A DNA stretch of 64,000 nt from Macrostomum hystrix (Eukaryota; Animalia; Platyhelminthes). The stretch covers positions 310,001-374,000 of the forward strand of contig CATNEN010000037.1 of the NCBI GenBank assembly GCA_950097015.1. The letters are read 5' to 3'. The notes beneath the pieces are model-generated. The model saw only the letters and a program-made list of their open reading frames with translations, did no database searches and had not been told where the DNA came from. Shown here in pieces: positions 1 to 12,275 of this stretch. The position numbers and the translations under genes are program-made. Position 1 is the first letter of the stretch. Every line of letters begins with the position of its first letter.

Positions 1-409
1 CAGTCAGCCTACAACTCGCACAAGCAGGAGCAAAAGCCGGAAGCCATTGCTTGCGATTCGTCAGGCCGGCTAGTTCCAACCTCAATGCCCATGTGCCGGC
101 TGCAAAACAAACACAACTCTATGGTTCGCGCCGAACCTGAGAAAAAAGAGAGCACACTGCCGCAGCTGTGGCAGCATCAAATTCCCAGGTTTCATGTAGG
201 ACCACGAGGCAGAACAGACGAAGAGACAGAACAGATTTCCAACACTAGCCTCGGTGGAGACCAGCAGGACGCCAAGATAAAACGTGGCGACTCTAAGTAT
301 GTCTTTGTCTCTCAGGTAAGAGCAGGATAGATAATGAATGTGTGCGTATTAAAGAATATCCTGTAGGCCAGCTGGTTCTGACTCTGGTACGGATTTTGCT
401 CTATAGTAT

Positions 410-695
410 TTGCAGAAGGTCTTTGGGCACTGACACAACATTTTGTGACAGTAGACCCGCAGCCAGCGAGGAGGCAGTTCTGCCCATTCCGCTGACTCCT
501 GAACACACGCACACAGATACACACACACTTACACATACACCGGACTTTCTCATCGTCAGGCGGTGTACACTTTCAATGTCCCCATAGCCCCAAGCCTTCT
601 CTCCGCAGCTGTGCCTGTAATGAATGTGGTCTTGCCGCGGAATCAAGCTCAGTGGCCTTGGTGCGATAGACAATGCGTTAAGCGCTATGGCTTCT
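410..695 (-). mobile_element. tRNA-derived SINE, diverged copy
   Basis: Reverse complement carries a decayed tRNA-like head (B-box-like GCTTGATTCC), the family body (CTGACGATGAGAAAGTC) and the tail motif CAGCGGAATGGGC...GCCTCCTCGCTG shared with five other copies in the window. Confidence 0.75.
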
Positions 696-1944
696 TAAAT
701 TTTTTTTAAGATCCGAAGATGTCAAAAGTTGAACTCTCGCGCCATGAGTCTCTTGTTCCCAGAGAGAACTATTGTGTTTTTCGCAATCGGAGTTTCAGCG
801 ATCAACTAGACTGTCTTGAAAGGTGTACACCTCGCATCTTCAAGTTCTAAACAAAATTGTTTGGTTAACATTGAACAGTAATTGTCCGCCTCTGAACAAT
901 GCTCTCTTTTGTTCATCTTTATTGAGGACGGAAATATCGTGGAGCGCGAGGTGAGCTGCTGGCCGTTTAGGGAGCGAGACAATCCGCTCACCCGCTACCG
1001 CCTGGCGGAGCCACACGCCAGTAGACACGGCAAGCGCTACAGACAGCGCTTGTATTATGCCGAAGCACCTTCTGAATCGAACGCGAAGCGCCGCGTTAAG
1101 ACGGGTCCCATTTACCTTCTGCCACGTCGCATAGTTGAGGAGAACAAACACCGACTATTAACTAGGTACAACTTTAACGACAACAGCATTAACGACAAAC
1201 CCAGTTGCGGTCCACAGGATGTTGACATCGGCGAGAAAGAACAGTCAAGCCTCATTGTTTGTCTTCAGAAGGTAATATATCACTGTCCATGTTGATAAGC
1301 TAGTAGCGTTATCTGAAGATAAAACGCTAAATTTTATTTGAAATTCGATGCAAGCAATAAAACAGTTTCACGCTGACACCTCGGCATCACCAATCTTTAC
1401 AATTGCAGGAGAAACTGCAAGCTGAAGCCCAGTAAGTTCCGAAGAATTCTATCTTAACCTCTGTAGCCAAAAAATTAAAACTTCAGACGAGTTAGACCAT
1501 TTATAAAGTCCAGAACCAATTCGAACTATAAGTTTTCTCACCGAACTACACTTCAGAGAATTCCTCAAATATATGAGCAAGCAGCAAGAAATGAAATAAG
1601 TTTGGATCCGAGCAGCCCATGATGACACCAAACCAAATGAAAAACACATCTGATAAAAAAATACTTGCTTTTTTCTGTTGAAGCGATGCAAAGTCGCCGT
1701 TTCAACAAGCGCTGTTTGTGGCAAAGCGATCCAGTTGCGGAGGAAGCCTCTTCTTTAATTTCGATTCGCACATAACAGAGAGCGCTGCTACATACTTTGC
1801 CGTTTACAGTACGTAAGAATCAATCTTGCGGATTTATCTCATTTGTTTCTTTGTCGAACTATCCGCCATTCCGTTGCTGGTCCTACAATAAGAAATACAT
1901 TTCTTTACCTTTTTCGCAATCGTTAAATTTCTTACTTTGTCTTT

Positions 1945-2235
1945 TGTCGGTGCCTCGCGCGCCAAGGTCCATGAGCTCGATTCCGCGGCGAGGCCACGGA
2001 AGGCCACGGCGAGCAGGCTTGGGGCTGTCATGCAATCTATGCCGTTGAGGGCCAATCTCAAAGGCACAGTGTACGCTGCCTGACGATGAGAAAGTCAGGG
2101 CAGATGTACACACCCTGTGTGAGCGTGTGCCTGCGTACGTTATCTGTGTGCGTGTGCTCAGGAGTCAGCGAAATGGGCAGTATTGCTTCCTCGATGGCTG
2201 TGGGTTTAGTGTCCCCAAAATGATGTGTCTTGCCT
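1945..2235 (+). mobile_element. tRNA-derived SINE, 5'-eroded copy
   Basis: GAGCTCGATTCCGCGGCGAGGCCAC head remnant, CTGACGATGAGAAAGTCAGGGCAGATGTACAC body and GAGTCAGCGAAATGGGCAG tail align with the full-length copy at 38206-38580. Confidence 0.8.
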
Positions 2236-2938
2236 GATTGAACGAGTGTGAAAATTGGTGTGAAAAATAAAAAAGGAGAAAATGAAAATGAAAACTCGCC
2301 CTCTACACGTTTCCAGTATTGAAAGTGATACTGACAGTAGTGTAATGCGCACGCAGTTGGTTTATTTATTTTCCTATTATTAGTTGCTTTGCCATAGTAA
2401 ATTTACAATGTACGTTAATACTGACATTAAGCAGACCAGAGAGAAAACTAGGTAGGAGCAGTTTGCAAATAGAAACGGTTATAGAAATTTTTTGCGAGAA
2501 AGCATCTACTGCATCTCCAGTTTTACCGATTAATTAAAGAAATTACGAAAAGTTGCACCTTGGAAAGTTAGCTGTGGGCCGACTATTCGCAAATGCTCCT
2601 TCAGATCGTTTTCAAAAGGTTAGTAAAAACGCAAAATGCTTACATGCAGTTTTTGACGAGGTCACGCAATGTCCGACGTTGCCCAACCCTCAGATACAGT
2701 TGCCAAGGCTTTAAAAAAGCATGCAATTAGGTGTCTGCACAGAATAGCAAAAATAAAGTTCACGTGAAAGTGAAAAAAACTAGCAAAACCGAACTAGGAT
2801 TGAGAAAATAGACACTAGCTGGATTCATTTCATGTCTTTTAATTAGCAATAGATGTGACGAGCGTGCACCGTTTACTCCGCCTTGTTAAAAGTCTAAAAC
2901 TAACCGATGTACATCACTTTAACAGCTGCGGCGGGGTG

Positions 2939-3457
2939 CGGGACGAATGTGGAACTGACTAGTGTACATTCTTCTGGGCCGAGGCGGGTTAGCGAAGGGA
3001 CGAATGTGGAACTGACTAGTGTACATTCGTCTGGGCCGAGGCGGGTTAATGAAGGGATGAATGTGGAACTGACTAGTGTTCATTCTTCTGGGCCGAGGCG
3101 GGTTAGTGAAGGGATGAATGTGGAACTGACTAGTGCACATTCTTCTGGGCCGAGGCGGGTTAGTGAAGGGACGAATGTGGAACTGACTAGTGTACATTCT
3201 TCTGGGCCGAGGCGGGTTAGTGAAGGGACGAATGTGGAACTGACTAGTGTACATTCTTCTGGGCCGAGGCGGGTTAGTGAAGGGACGAATGTGGAACTGA
3301 CTAGTGTTCATTCTTCTGGGCCGAGGCGGGTTAGTGAAGGGACGAATGTGGAACTGACTAGTGTACATTCTTCTGGGCCGAGGCGGGTTAATGAAGGGAT
3401 GAATGTGGAACTGACTAGTGCACATTCTTCTGGGCCGAGGCGGGTTAGTGAAGGGAC
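2939..3457. repeat. 57-bp tandem repeat, about 9 copies
   Basis: Unit GGGACGAATGTGGAACTGACTAGTGTACATTCTTCTGGGCCGAGGCGGGTTAGTGAA; 19-aa periodicity in the ORF track. Confidence 0.95.
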
Positions 3458-5073
3458 CGAAATGTTACTGTATAAGCCCCTGTGGAGTGGATAATGGACA
3501 CTGTTTATTAACCAATCAGCAACAAGCGCTCGCTGGTTATCCATTTTAAGCAAAATCATGCGACTAAAGCCGAATTACGAGTGACCTGAATTCACTCGTG
3601 GATGCGTGAATGAAGTGTGAAGAAAAATTATAAAATGTATGCGGATTATCTCGCAAATAGCACACAATGAGATCAACGGCTTACTTTGAATTTCAGTACA
3701 GTAATAACTAGATATAAAAGCATAGCCATTTCAGCAACGACCGTGCACTTTAGAGCACAGTATTATCATTTTTAGTGCGAGGTGTGTTGTTGAAAAAAAT
3801 TTCCAAGAGAGAAAAATATTATATAAGCAGCAACTTTGCTAAAAGCATTGCAAATCAAGGCTAAAAATGAGTAACTTTAATCAGTTTCAAATCGAGTCTC
3901 AATTGCTAATGTATCTGGCGAGTGCTCAACTTATCAGGCGTGTAAGTTATCCAGAAAGTATTGCATTTTTAGAAATCGAATTGAATAGAGGTAAATAAAA
4001 TATACTAGTAACAAGCGCACATTTGATGTTCTATTCAGGGTCGTTGATAATCAGCGAAATAATTAATTTACAGAAGAATACAGCAATGAGCATCTGCTCC
4101 GTATCGATAGGTTATATGAAAGAGTGCACTGTGAATTGTAAGGCTCCCACGCTTATCGTACTCGCATCGGTGCTTACTTGGACTTTTGGGCGCACAAGTA
4201 GGCTCTAGTTTAGGTGCGAACGATAAAACTGTTATATTATAGTAAAATTAGCTAGCCCCTAGCTACACTACTAGTGCTATTCGCGGAGGCTCTAGTCTCG
4301 CAAAGAAACTATTGATGATGAAGATAAGTATTTGCTATATCTTTGATGAGTAACTATGACATATTTTGAATTTTAAATTTTGATATTTTGATATCAAGAA
4401 AGTTTTGGACAGTATTACTGAATTGCAGCCAAGTACAATGTGTCAAATTGTAGTCCAGGTAAGCACAAATGGTAGAAACGATAAGCTTTTGGTATCCCAA
4501 TCATTGCTTTTGTTTCATTTCCTACCTATTTATTCTCATAATCTACTTTATTTGACTGTTTGGCCTTATTATGTTGAGCTTCTAAACATATAACAACAGG
4601 CATGCCCCTGGCGGATCAAAGTGCAAAGTGCTGGCGCACTTTTGTAAAAAATCTTCTTAGTTTCTGCGTGAAAGAACCGGGTTAAAGAACCTGGGCAACT
4701 GTCAGCTGATGAAGAGCTGCAGAGCCGGGGTTGCTGAGACTGAGGCTGCGGGGTCAAGGGGACTCCAGCTGAGAAGCACCGTCTAGCGCTAGCTGCGACT
4801 TCGGTGGTTGCACGCCTTCCGTTGGCTGGGGGTTGCAGCGCCGGTCAGAACCAGAGTCAGCAGCAGCGAATGGCTCACATCTGGAATTTGTATCGAATCA
4901 GTGCTCAATAACCGTATGTTTGCTCTCAAAGTAACTTCCAGCCCCTGAAACACCAGCTACTCAGAGTCTCAATCGGCTCACAGAGGGCTCTAGCCCCCCT
5001 GAAATCAGCAATTAAAAGCGAACAGATGGAAAATGCCTGATAGGGATTTGCCACACTGTGTCAGTTGGCTAGA

Positions 5074-5080
5074 GTGTGTT

Positions 5081-5110
<30 letters not shown>
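5074..5110. repeat. (TG)n microsatellite
   Basis: Direct reading. Confidence 0.9.
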
Positions 5111-5111
<1 letters not shown>

Positions 5112-5867
5112 TTTGGGAAGGCAATCCGGTAGATTAACAGACGGAAGGGGTAGTGGGAGTAAAAAACGGGAGGCAGGAAAATCGATAAAATAAGACGAGA
5201 AGAGATGCAGTTTAGCAAAGTACATTCAGCCGACTCTAGACCCAACGGAATCATCGAACAAGGCTCATTGAATATGCAGAGAATTTAGAAGAATGCTACA
5301 TTGAAATTAGCCGCCAAACTTCGCAGTCCTTATCAATATTGAATACAAATTAAACAATTTTTTGCTAAGGCAATAATAGTATACGCGTATTTCTCTCTCC
5401 CTCTCTAAGAATTTTACGGCATTTCACAGTTAGTTCACCTTCGGTTTCCGATTCAGTTCGCCGATGTGGGAATTTGCGTTAGCTCATAGTGGCAAAAAAC
5501 ACGCAGCAATACCTAGTCAAGCCTTCAGTTGCAGCTTTATTGTAATCTATTTCGCCTTTTTCACACAGCCTCGCGTGATCAGAACTAGACATTTCATAAT
5601 GTGGAAGGCTCGTCTTGCTGAGCTCTTTACTCAATCCGATTTTTACCGACTGTGAAAATTTTAACTGCCCCTTTTTAATCATTTCAGCTCGCTGCCTGTT
5701 TGCACCCTGATTGCACTTATTTCTACCTTTGGCAATAATGTTCTGCTACCCAACACTTTCTGAGACTCTTCTTTGTGACTGACTGGGTCAAATGAAAAAC
5801 TGAGTTATCACATAATGCAATTAGAACAATGGGGTTCAGAGGAGAATCTGTTGTAGTCCCACCAAGT

Positions 5868-8800
5868 AGTTGACAATCGGTCACTACCTCAATCCCCAAT
5901 GTGTCTTCTCTTTTGACAATGGACCATTACCTCATCCCCAATGTGTGTCTTCTCTTTTGACAATGGACCACTACCTCATCCCCAATGTGTGTCTTCTCTT
6001 TTGACAATGGACCATTACCTCATCCCCAATGTGTGTCTTCTCTTTTGAAAATGGACCATTACCTCATCCCCAATGTGTCTTCTCTTTTGACAATGGACCA
6101 CTACCTCATCCCCAATGTGTCTTCTCTTTTGACAATGGACCACTACCTCATCCCCAATGTGTGTCTTCTCTTTTGACAATGGACCATTACCTCATCCCCA
6201 ATGTGTCTTCTCTTTTGACAATGGACCACTACCTCATCCCCAATGTGTTTCTTCTCTTTTGACAATGGACCATTACCTCATCCCCAATGTGTTTCTTCTC
6301 TTTTGACAATGGACCATTACCTCATCCCCAATGTGTGTCTTCTCTTTTGAAAATGGACCACTACCTCATCCCCAATGTGTGTCTTCTCTTTTGACAATGG
6401 ACCATTACCTCATCCCCAATGTGTGTCTTCTCTTTTGACAATGGACCACTACCTCATCCCCAATGTGTGTCTTCTCTTTTGACAATGGACCATTACCTCA
6501 TCCCCAATGTGTGTCTTCTCTTTTGACAATAGACCACTACCTCATCCCCAATGTGTCTTCTCTTTTGAAAATGGACCATTACCTCATCCCCAATGTGTCT
6601 TCTCTTTTGACAATGGACCATTACCTCATCCCCAATGTGTGTCTTCTCTTTTGAAAATGGACCACTACCTCATCCCCAATGTGTGTCTTCTCTTTTGAAA
6701 ATGGACCACTACCTCATCCCCAATGTGTGTCTTCTCTTTTGACAATGGACCATTACCTCATCCCCAATGTGTGTCTTCTCTTTTGACAATGGACCACTAC
6801 CTCATCCCCAATGTGTCTTCTCTTTTGAAAATGGACCATTACCTCATCCCCAATGTGTGTCTTCTCTTTTGAAAATGGACCACTACCTCATCCCTAATGT
6901 GTGTCTTCTCTTTTGACAATGGACCACTACCTCATCCCCAATGTGTCTTCTCTTTTGAAAATGGACCACTACCTCATCCCCAATGTGTCTTCTCTTTTGA
7001 AAATGGACCACTACCTCATCCCCAATGTGTCTTCTCTTTTGACAATGGACCACTACCTCATCCCCAATGTGTTTCTTCTCTTTTGACAATGGACCATTAC
7101 CTCATCCCCAATGTGTGTCTTCTCTTTTGAAAATGGACCACTACCTCATCCCCAATGTGTTTCTTCTCTTTTGACAATGGACCATTACCTCATCCCCAAT
7201 GTGTGTCTTCTCTTTTGAAAATGGACCACTACCTCATCCCCAATGTGTGTCTTCTCTTTTGAAAATGGACCACTACCTCATCCCCAATGTGTTTCTTCTC
7301 TTTTGACAATGGACCATTACCTCATCCCCAATGTGTGTCTTCTCTTTTGAAAATGGACCACTACCTCATCCCCAATGTGTGTCTTCTCTTTTGACAATGG
7401 ACCATTACCTCATCCCCAATGTGTGTCTTCTCTTTTGAAAATGGACCACTACTTCATCCCCAATGTGTCTTCTCTTTTGACAATGGACCACTACCTCATC
7501 CCTAATGTGTCTTCTCTTTTGACAATGGACCACTACTTCATCCCTAATGTGTCTTCTCTTTTGACAATGGACCACTACCTCATCCCCAATGTGTCTTCTC
7601 TTTTGACAATGGACCATTACCTCATCCCCAATGTGTGTCTTCTCTTTTGACAATGGACCACTACCTCATCCCTAATGTGTCTTCTCTTTTGACAATGGAC
7701 CACTACTTCATCCCCAATGTGTGTCTTCTCTTTTGAAAATGGACCACTACTTCATCCCCAATGTGTCTTCTCTTTTGACAATGGACCACTACCTCATCCC
7801 TAATGTGTCTTCTCTTTTGACAATGGACCACTACTTCATCCCCAATGTGTGTCTTCTCTTTTGAAAATGGACCACTACTTCATCCCCAATGTGTGTCTTC
7901 TGTTTTGACAATGGACCACTACTTCATCCCCAATGTGTGCCTTCTCTTTTGAAAATGGACCACTACTTCATCCCCAATGTGTCTTCTCTTTTGACAATGG
8001 ACCACTACCTCATCCCTAATGTGTCTTCTCTTTTGACAATGGACCACTACTTCATCCCCAATGTGTGTCTTCTCTTTTGAAAATGGACCACTACCTCATC
8101 CCTAATGTGTGTCTTCTCTTTTGACAATGGACCACTACTTCATCCCCAATGTGTTTCTTCTCTTTTGACAATGGACCACTACCTCATCCCCAATGTGTGT
8201 CTTCTCTTTTGACAATGGACCACTACCTCATCCCCAATGTGTCTTCTCTTTTGACAATGGACCATTACCTCATCCCCAATGTGTGTCTTCTCTTTTGACA
8301 ATGGACCACTACCTCATCCCTAATGTGTCTTCTCTTTTGACAATGGACCACTACTTCATCCCCAATGTGTGTCTTCTCTTTTGACAATGGACCACTACTT
8401 CATCCCCAATGTCTGTCTTCTCTTTTGAAAATGGACCATTACCTCATCCCCAATGTGTCTTCTCTTTTGAGAATGGACCATTACCTCATCCCCAATGTGT
8501 CTTCTCTTTTGACAATGGACCACTACTTCATCCCCAATGTGTGTCTTCTCTTTTGACAATGGACCACTACCTCATCCCTAATGTGTCTTCTCTTTTGACA
8601 ATGGACCACTACTTCATCCCCAATGTGTGTCTTCTCTTTTGAAAATGGACCACTACCTCATCCCTAATGTGTGTCTTCTCTTTTGACAATGGACCACTAC
8701 TTCATCCCCAATGTCTGTCTTCTCTTTTGAAAATGGACCATTACCTCATCCCCAATGTGTCTTCTCTTTTGAAAATGGACCATTGCCTCATCCCCAATGT

Positions 8801-9205
8801 GTGTCTTCTCTTTTGACAATGGACCACTACCTCATCCCTAATGTGTCTTCTCTTTTGACAATGGACCACTACCTCATCCCTAATGTGTCTTCTCTTTTGA
8901 CAATGGACCACTACCTCATCCCTAATGTGTCTTCTCTTTTGACAATGGACCACTACTTCATCCCCAATGTGTCTTCTCTTTTGAAAATGGACCATTGCCT
9001 CATCCCCTAATGTGTGTCTTCTCTTTTGACAATGGACCACTACCTCATCCCTAATGTGTCTTCTCTTTTGACAATGGACCACTACCTCATCCCTAATGTG
9101 TCTTCTCTTTTGACAATGGACCACTACCTCATCCCTAATGTGTCTTCTCTTTTGACAATCAGTAACCACCTCTTCCCCAATGTGTGTCTTCTCTTTTGAC
9201 AATCG
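5868..9205. repeat. 42/44-bp minisatellite, about 77 copies
   Basis: Unit CAATGTGT(GT)CTTCTCTTTTGACAATGGACCACTACCTCATCCC; length variants differ by one GT. Confidence 0.97.
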
Positions 9206-10642
9206 GCACTAAGCTATTCCCTATTCCCATTGGCTCTTGTCACCTACGACTTTCACTTGTTGAGTAGCTGTTGCCTCGATATTATTCACACAGCAGTAAC
9301 TGGAAACCGTTACGCGAATAGCTCGATAAATGAAAATATTTGCCTCTTTACCAACGATCTAGAGTGGCGGGACCATGTTATCATTATGCTCGCGTTGCAA
9401 CGCTAGGGAATTGTACAGAATTACCTTAGCCCTGCCCATATTAACAACGAAACCGGTCCGCAAGCCCGTTAATGCAAGCAAATATAATTTTAAGCAATAA
9501 TAATGTATCAGATGCGCAAACGCATGACTCGAGGAGGAATCGAGATCAAACATCTAACGCCCGGGGATCTCAAGTCTCGGGGCGGTAAAAAGCGAAAGCC
9601 GAGAAAAGGGCCAAAAAATATTAGGGAGGTGCGCGGGAGAGAAGCAAGAGAGGGATGGGGGGGAGAAAAGGGAGATGGAGGGTGGTCCCATTTATCCCCA
9701 GGGAACTCGGTGGTGGCGGGGGAGGGTACCGCCTAAAGCGTCGTCCTACTCCATCTCTACTCTTTCAAGCCTCATTTCGGCCGCATTCTCTCGGCCAGAG
9801 CACAGTAGATGCGAATCATTATGGCATATACATATTCATAATATATGTTAGTATATGTGTGTGCGTGCATTTTCCCGAAGTAAATTTAAAACAGGAAACT
9901 GGCTCTCACACTTGCAGACCCTTCTACTAGCAGTCAGTCTCCCTGTGGGTCTGCACTTAGCCTCCCCTCGTGAAGCCTCTCACTTCCTGTACTGGAGTTC
10001 ACCAGTATAGTGCGTGAGTGTGGAGGGGTGCTCATGATTATTTTTTCTCAGTGAATAGCTGGTGTTTCCGGGATTTATTCTGAAAGTTATTTACCCTTCC
10101 CATCCCAGCAGCAGTCAACCCCCGCTGGCAGGCGGGCATTCTGTTCTCGTCCCCTTGCTAATGTCTGGATGCATGCTCGGATTAGCCAGTAATTGCCTGT
10201 GACTATTTTGGCTGCCTATTTTTAGCATGTCTATTATTTGCTCCCTCTCTGCCTCCCTGTTTTCCCACATGCTTCCCTCTGCTTGTTCTTAATTATTAAC
10301 CGCAACCTGCCTTAGGGCATGAGGCGGCACGCAATGACATACAATGGCCATTGTGGGCGGACATCTGGCCAGGCCTAATATGACACTCAAGAGCCAAGCA
10401 TGTCAGGGTGGACTGGCGAGTACTCACAGACGAAAATGCACTTTAATGCTGAAGAAATCCAACCCAATGGTTAATAGTTGGGCTGATTGAATAACTACAC
10501 TTTTCCAGTGCATTCAAAATACATCCACAGCTAAAAAGACAGAATAAAATAACCAAGCAACTCTCACCAGTATGTACAGTCCACCATCTGGGTGCGCATG
10601 GATGGCGAGGATATTTGGGTCGGAAGCCGCTGGGGCCTTGGG

Positions 10643-12275
10643 TCAGACGTCTGTCTCGAAGCACGCTGTTGCGTTGCCCCTATTGGAAGAGTTCTGCTGC
10701 TGCTGCTGCTTTCCTGCGTGATTGTGTCTGGTGTTCTGGTTGCCCGTCTGCTGCTGCGGTTGCTCCTGCATGAGGAAGTGGCCCTCTGTCGCCAGGTCCA
10801 CCTCGGATGCCTCGGACACGCGGCTGGCTGATACTAAAGAGTTTTTCTTGCCCCCATCCCGGTAGGACGGGCAGGACTGCACGTGCACGTAGGTCTGCTT
10901 GTCCTCTGACTCCGTCTCCCGGTGGTAGAAGTAGTTGAAGTTGGACACAATGACTGGCACCGGCAGGGCGATGGTCAGGACTCCAGCAATGGCGCACAGC
11001 GAGCCGACCAGTTTGCCCCAGACAGTCACCGGTCGCATATCGCCGTAGCCGACAGTTGTCATGGTGACCACAGCCCACCAAAATGCCGACGGAATAGAGT
11101 CGAAGTGTGACTTGGATGAGTCCGCTTCGGCGAAATACACAGCCGAAGAGAAGAGGATAACGCTGATGAAGAGGAAGAACACCAGGAGGCCCAACTCGCG
11201 AACCGAAGCTTTGAGCGTCTGGCCGAGGATTTGCAGGCCCTTGAAGTGGCGACTCAACTTGAAGATTCGAAATACTCGGACGAGGCGGATTACTCGCAGG
11301 ATCGCCAGCGACATGGCCTGGTTGCTTCGACTGTCGTCGGCAATGACTGTGCCCAGCGTGATGAAGTAGGGAATGATGGCCACAATGTCGATTGAGTTCA
11401 TGATGTTCTTGAAGAAGCCGATTTTCTCCGGCGACGAAGCGAACCGAACCAGCAGCTCGAATGTGAACCACACGATACAGATGGTTTCAATGATGAAGAA
11501 GGGCTCGCCAAACTGAGGTATATCGTCCTCCTCGATTACCTGGCCATAGCTCGTATTGCCGTAGCTGCCATTGACCACTTTGTAGCGCCGGAAGTGTGGC
11601 AAAGTCTCCACGCAGAAGATGACAATGCTGAGCAGGAATGACGCACACTGAGATTATGGCTATTACGCGAGCCGCCATTGAGCTCTCGGGATACTCAAAA
11701 AGCAGCCACACCTTTCGCTGGAACTCGTTTTCTGGTAGCACCTTTACCTCCTCCTTGATGAAGCCTTCATCGTCGCGGTATTTTTCTATGGCCTCCTCGC
11801 CGAGCTCATAGAAACGGATTTCCTCGGTGAACACATCGATTGGAACATTTACCGGCCTTCTTAGTCGTCCACCGCTCTGATAGAAGTAGAGAATTGCGTC
11901 GAACGATGGCCTATTGCGATCGAAGAAGTACTCGTTGCGCAGCGGGTCGTAGTAGCGGTTCCGCTTCTGCGAGTTGCCTAGCAGAGTGTCCGGGAACTGG
12001 TTGAGCGTCTTGAGCTGAGTCTCAAAGCGCAGCCCGCTGACATTGATCACCACCCGCTCACAGTCGTAGTCCAATGTTAAACGGTTGTCGTCTCGATCCA
12101 GCATTAGCTGCTGCTGCTGCTGATGCTGCTGCTGACTAACGTCGTCAGTCATTTTCGGGAAGGACCTGGAACAGGGCACGTGGAAGGCGGCATGCTCGCT
12201 GACTCTGCCACGCTGGCCCATGTAGCTGCCAGGGCCACCGTTCCCCTGCTCAATGCCGGCCATGGCCACCTCCAT
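10643..12275 (-). CDS. Sh (KCNA): Shaker/Kv1 voltage-gated K+ channel alpha subunit (about 543 aa after removing one extra base at 11635-11636)
   Basis: T1 domain [16 protein letters not shown]...[17 protein letters not shown]4 [19 protein letters not shown], pore [11 protein letters not shown]6 PVPVIV, C-terminal ETDV. Two overlapping ORFs are joined by one indel (ATTCCTGCTC for ATT CTG CTC, restoring [14 protein letters not shown]). Confidence 0.95.

Noticed and set aside
464-493. HDV-like ribozyme in the SINE tail (GCCTCCTCGCTGGC matches the HDV P3/L3 sequence)
   Set aside because: No P1 partner, no P1.1 GG, no adjacent P2 or J4/2 could be placed; the segment pairs better as a simple stem-loop that is shared with the LINE UTR.
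882-1295. Harbinger/PIF transposase remnant (FRERDNPLTRYRL)
   Set aside because: Resemblance is limited to about 13 residues; no DDE motifs or TIRs follow.
2907-3494. Repetitive protein ORFs or a tandem ribozyme in the 57-bp array
   Set aside because: Open frames follow from a stop-free monomer. The unit has a hairpin (GAATGT...ACATTC) but CTGACTA does not match the hammerhead CUGANGA core and no GAAA is positioned.
5868-9205. CRISPR-like array or coding repeats
   Set aside because: Monomers are directly adjacent with no unique spacers, the context is eukaryotic and there are no cas genes; the same applies to every other array in the window.
10592-11369. Plus-strand and alternate-frame ORFs over the Kv1 gene
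   Set aside because: Shadows of the GC-rich channel CDS with no recognisable motifs.
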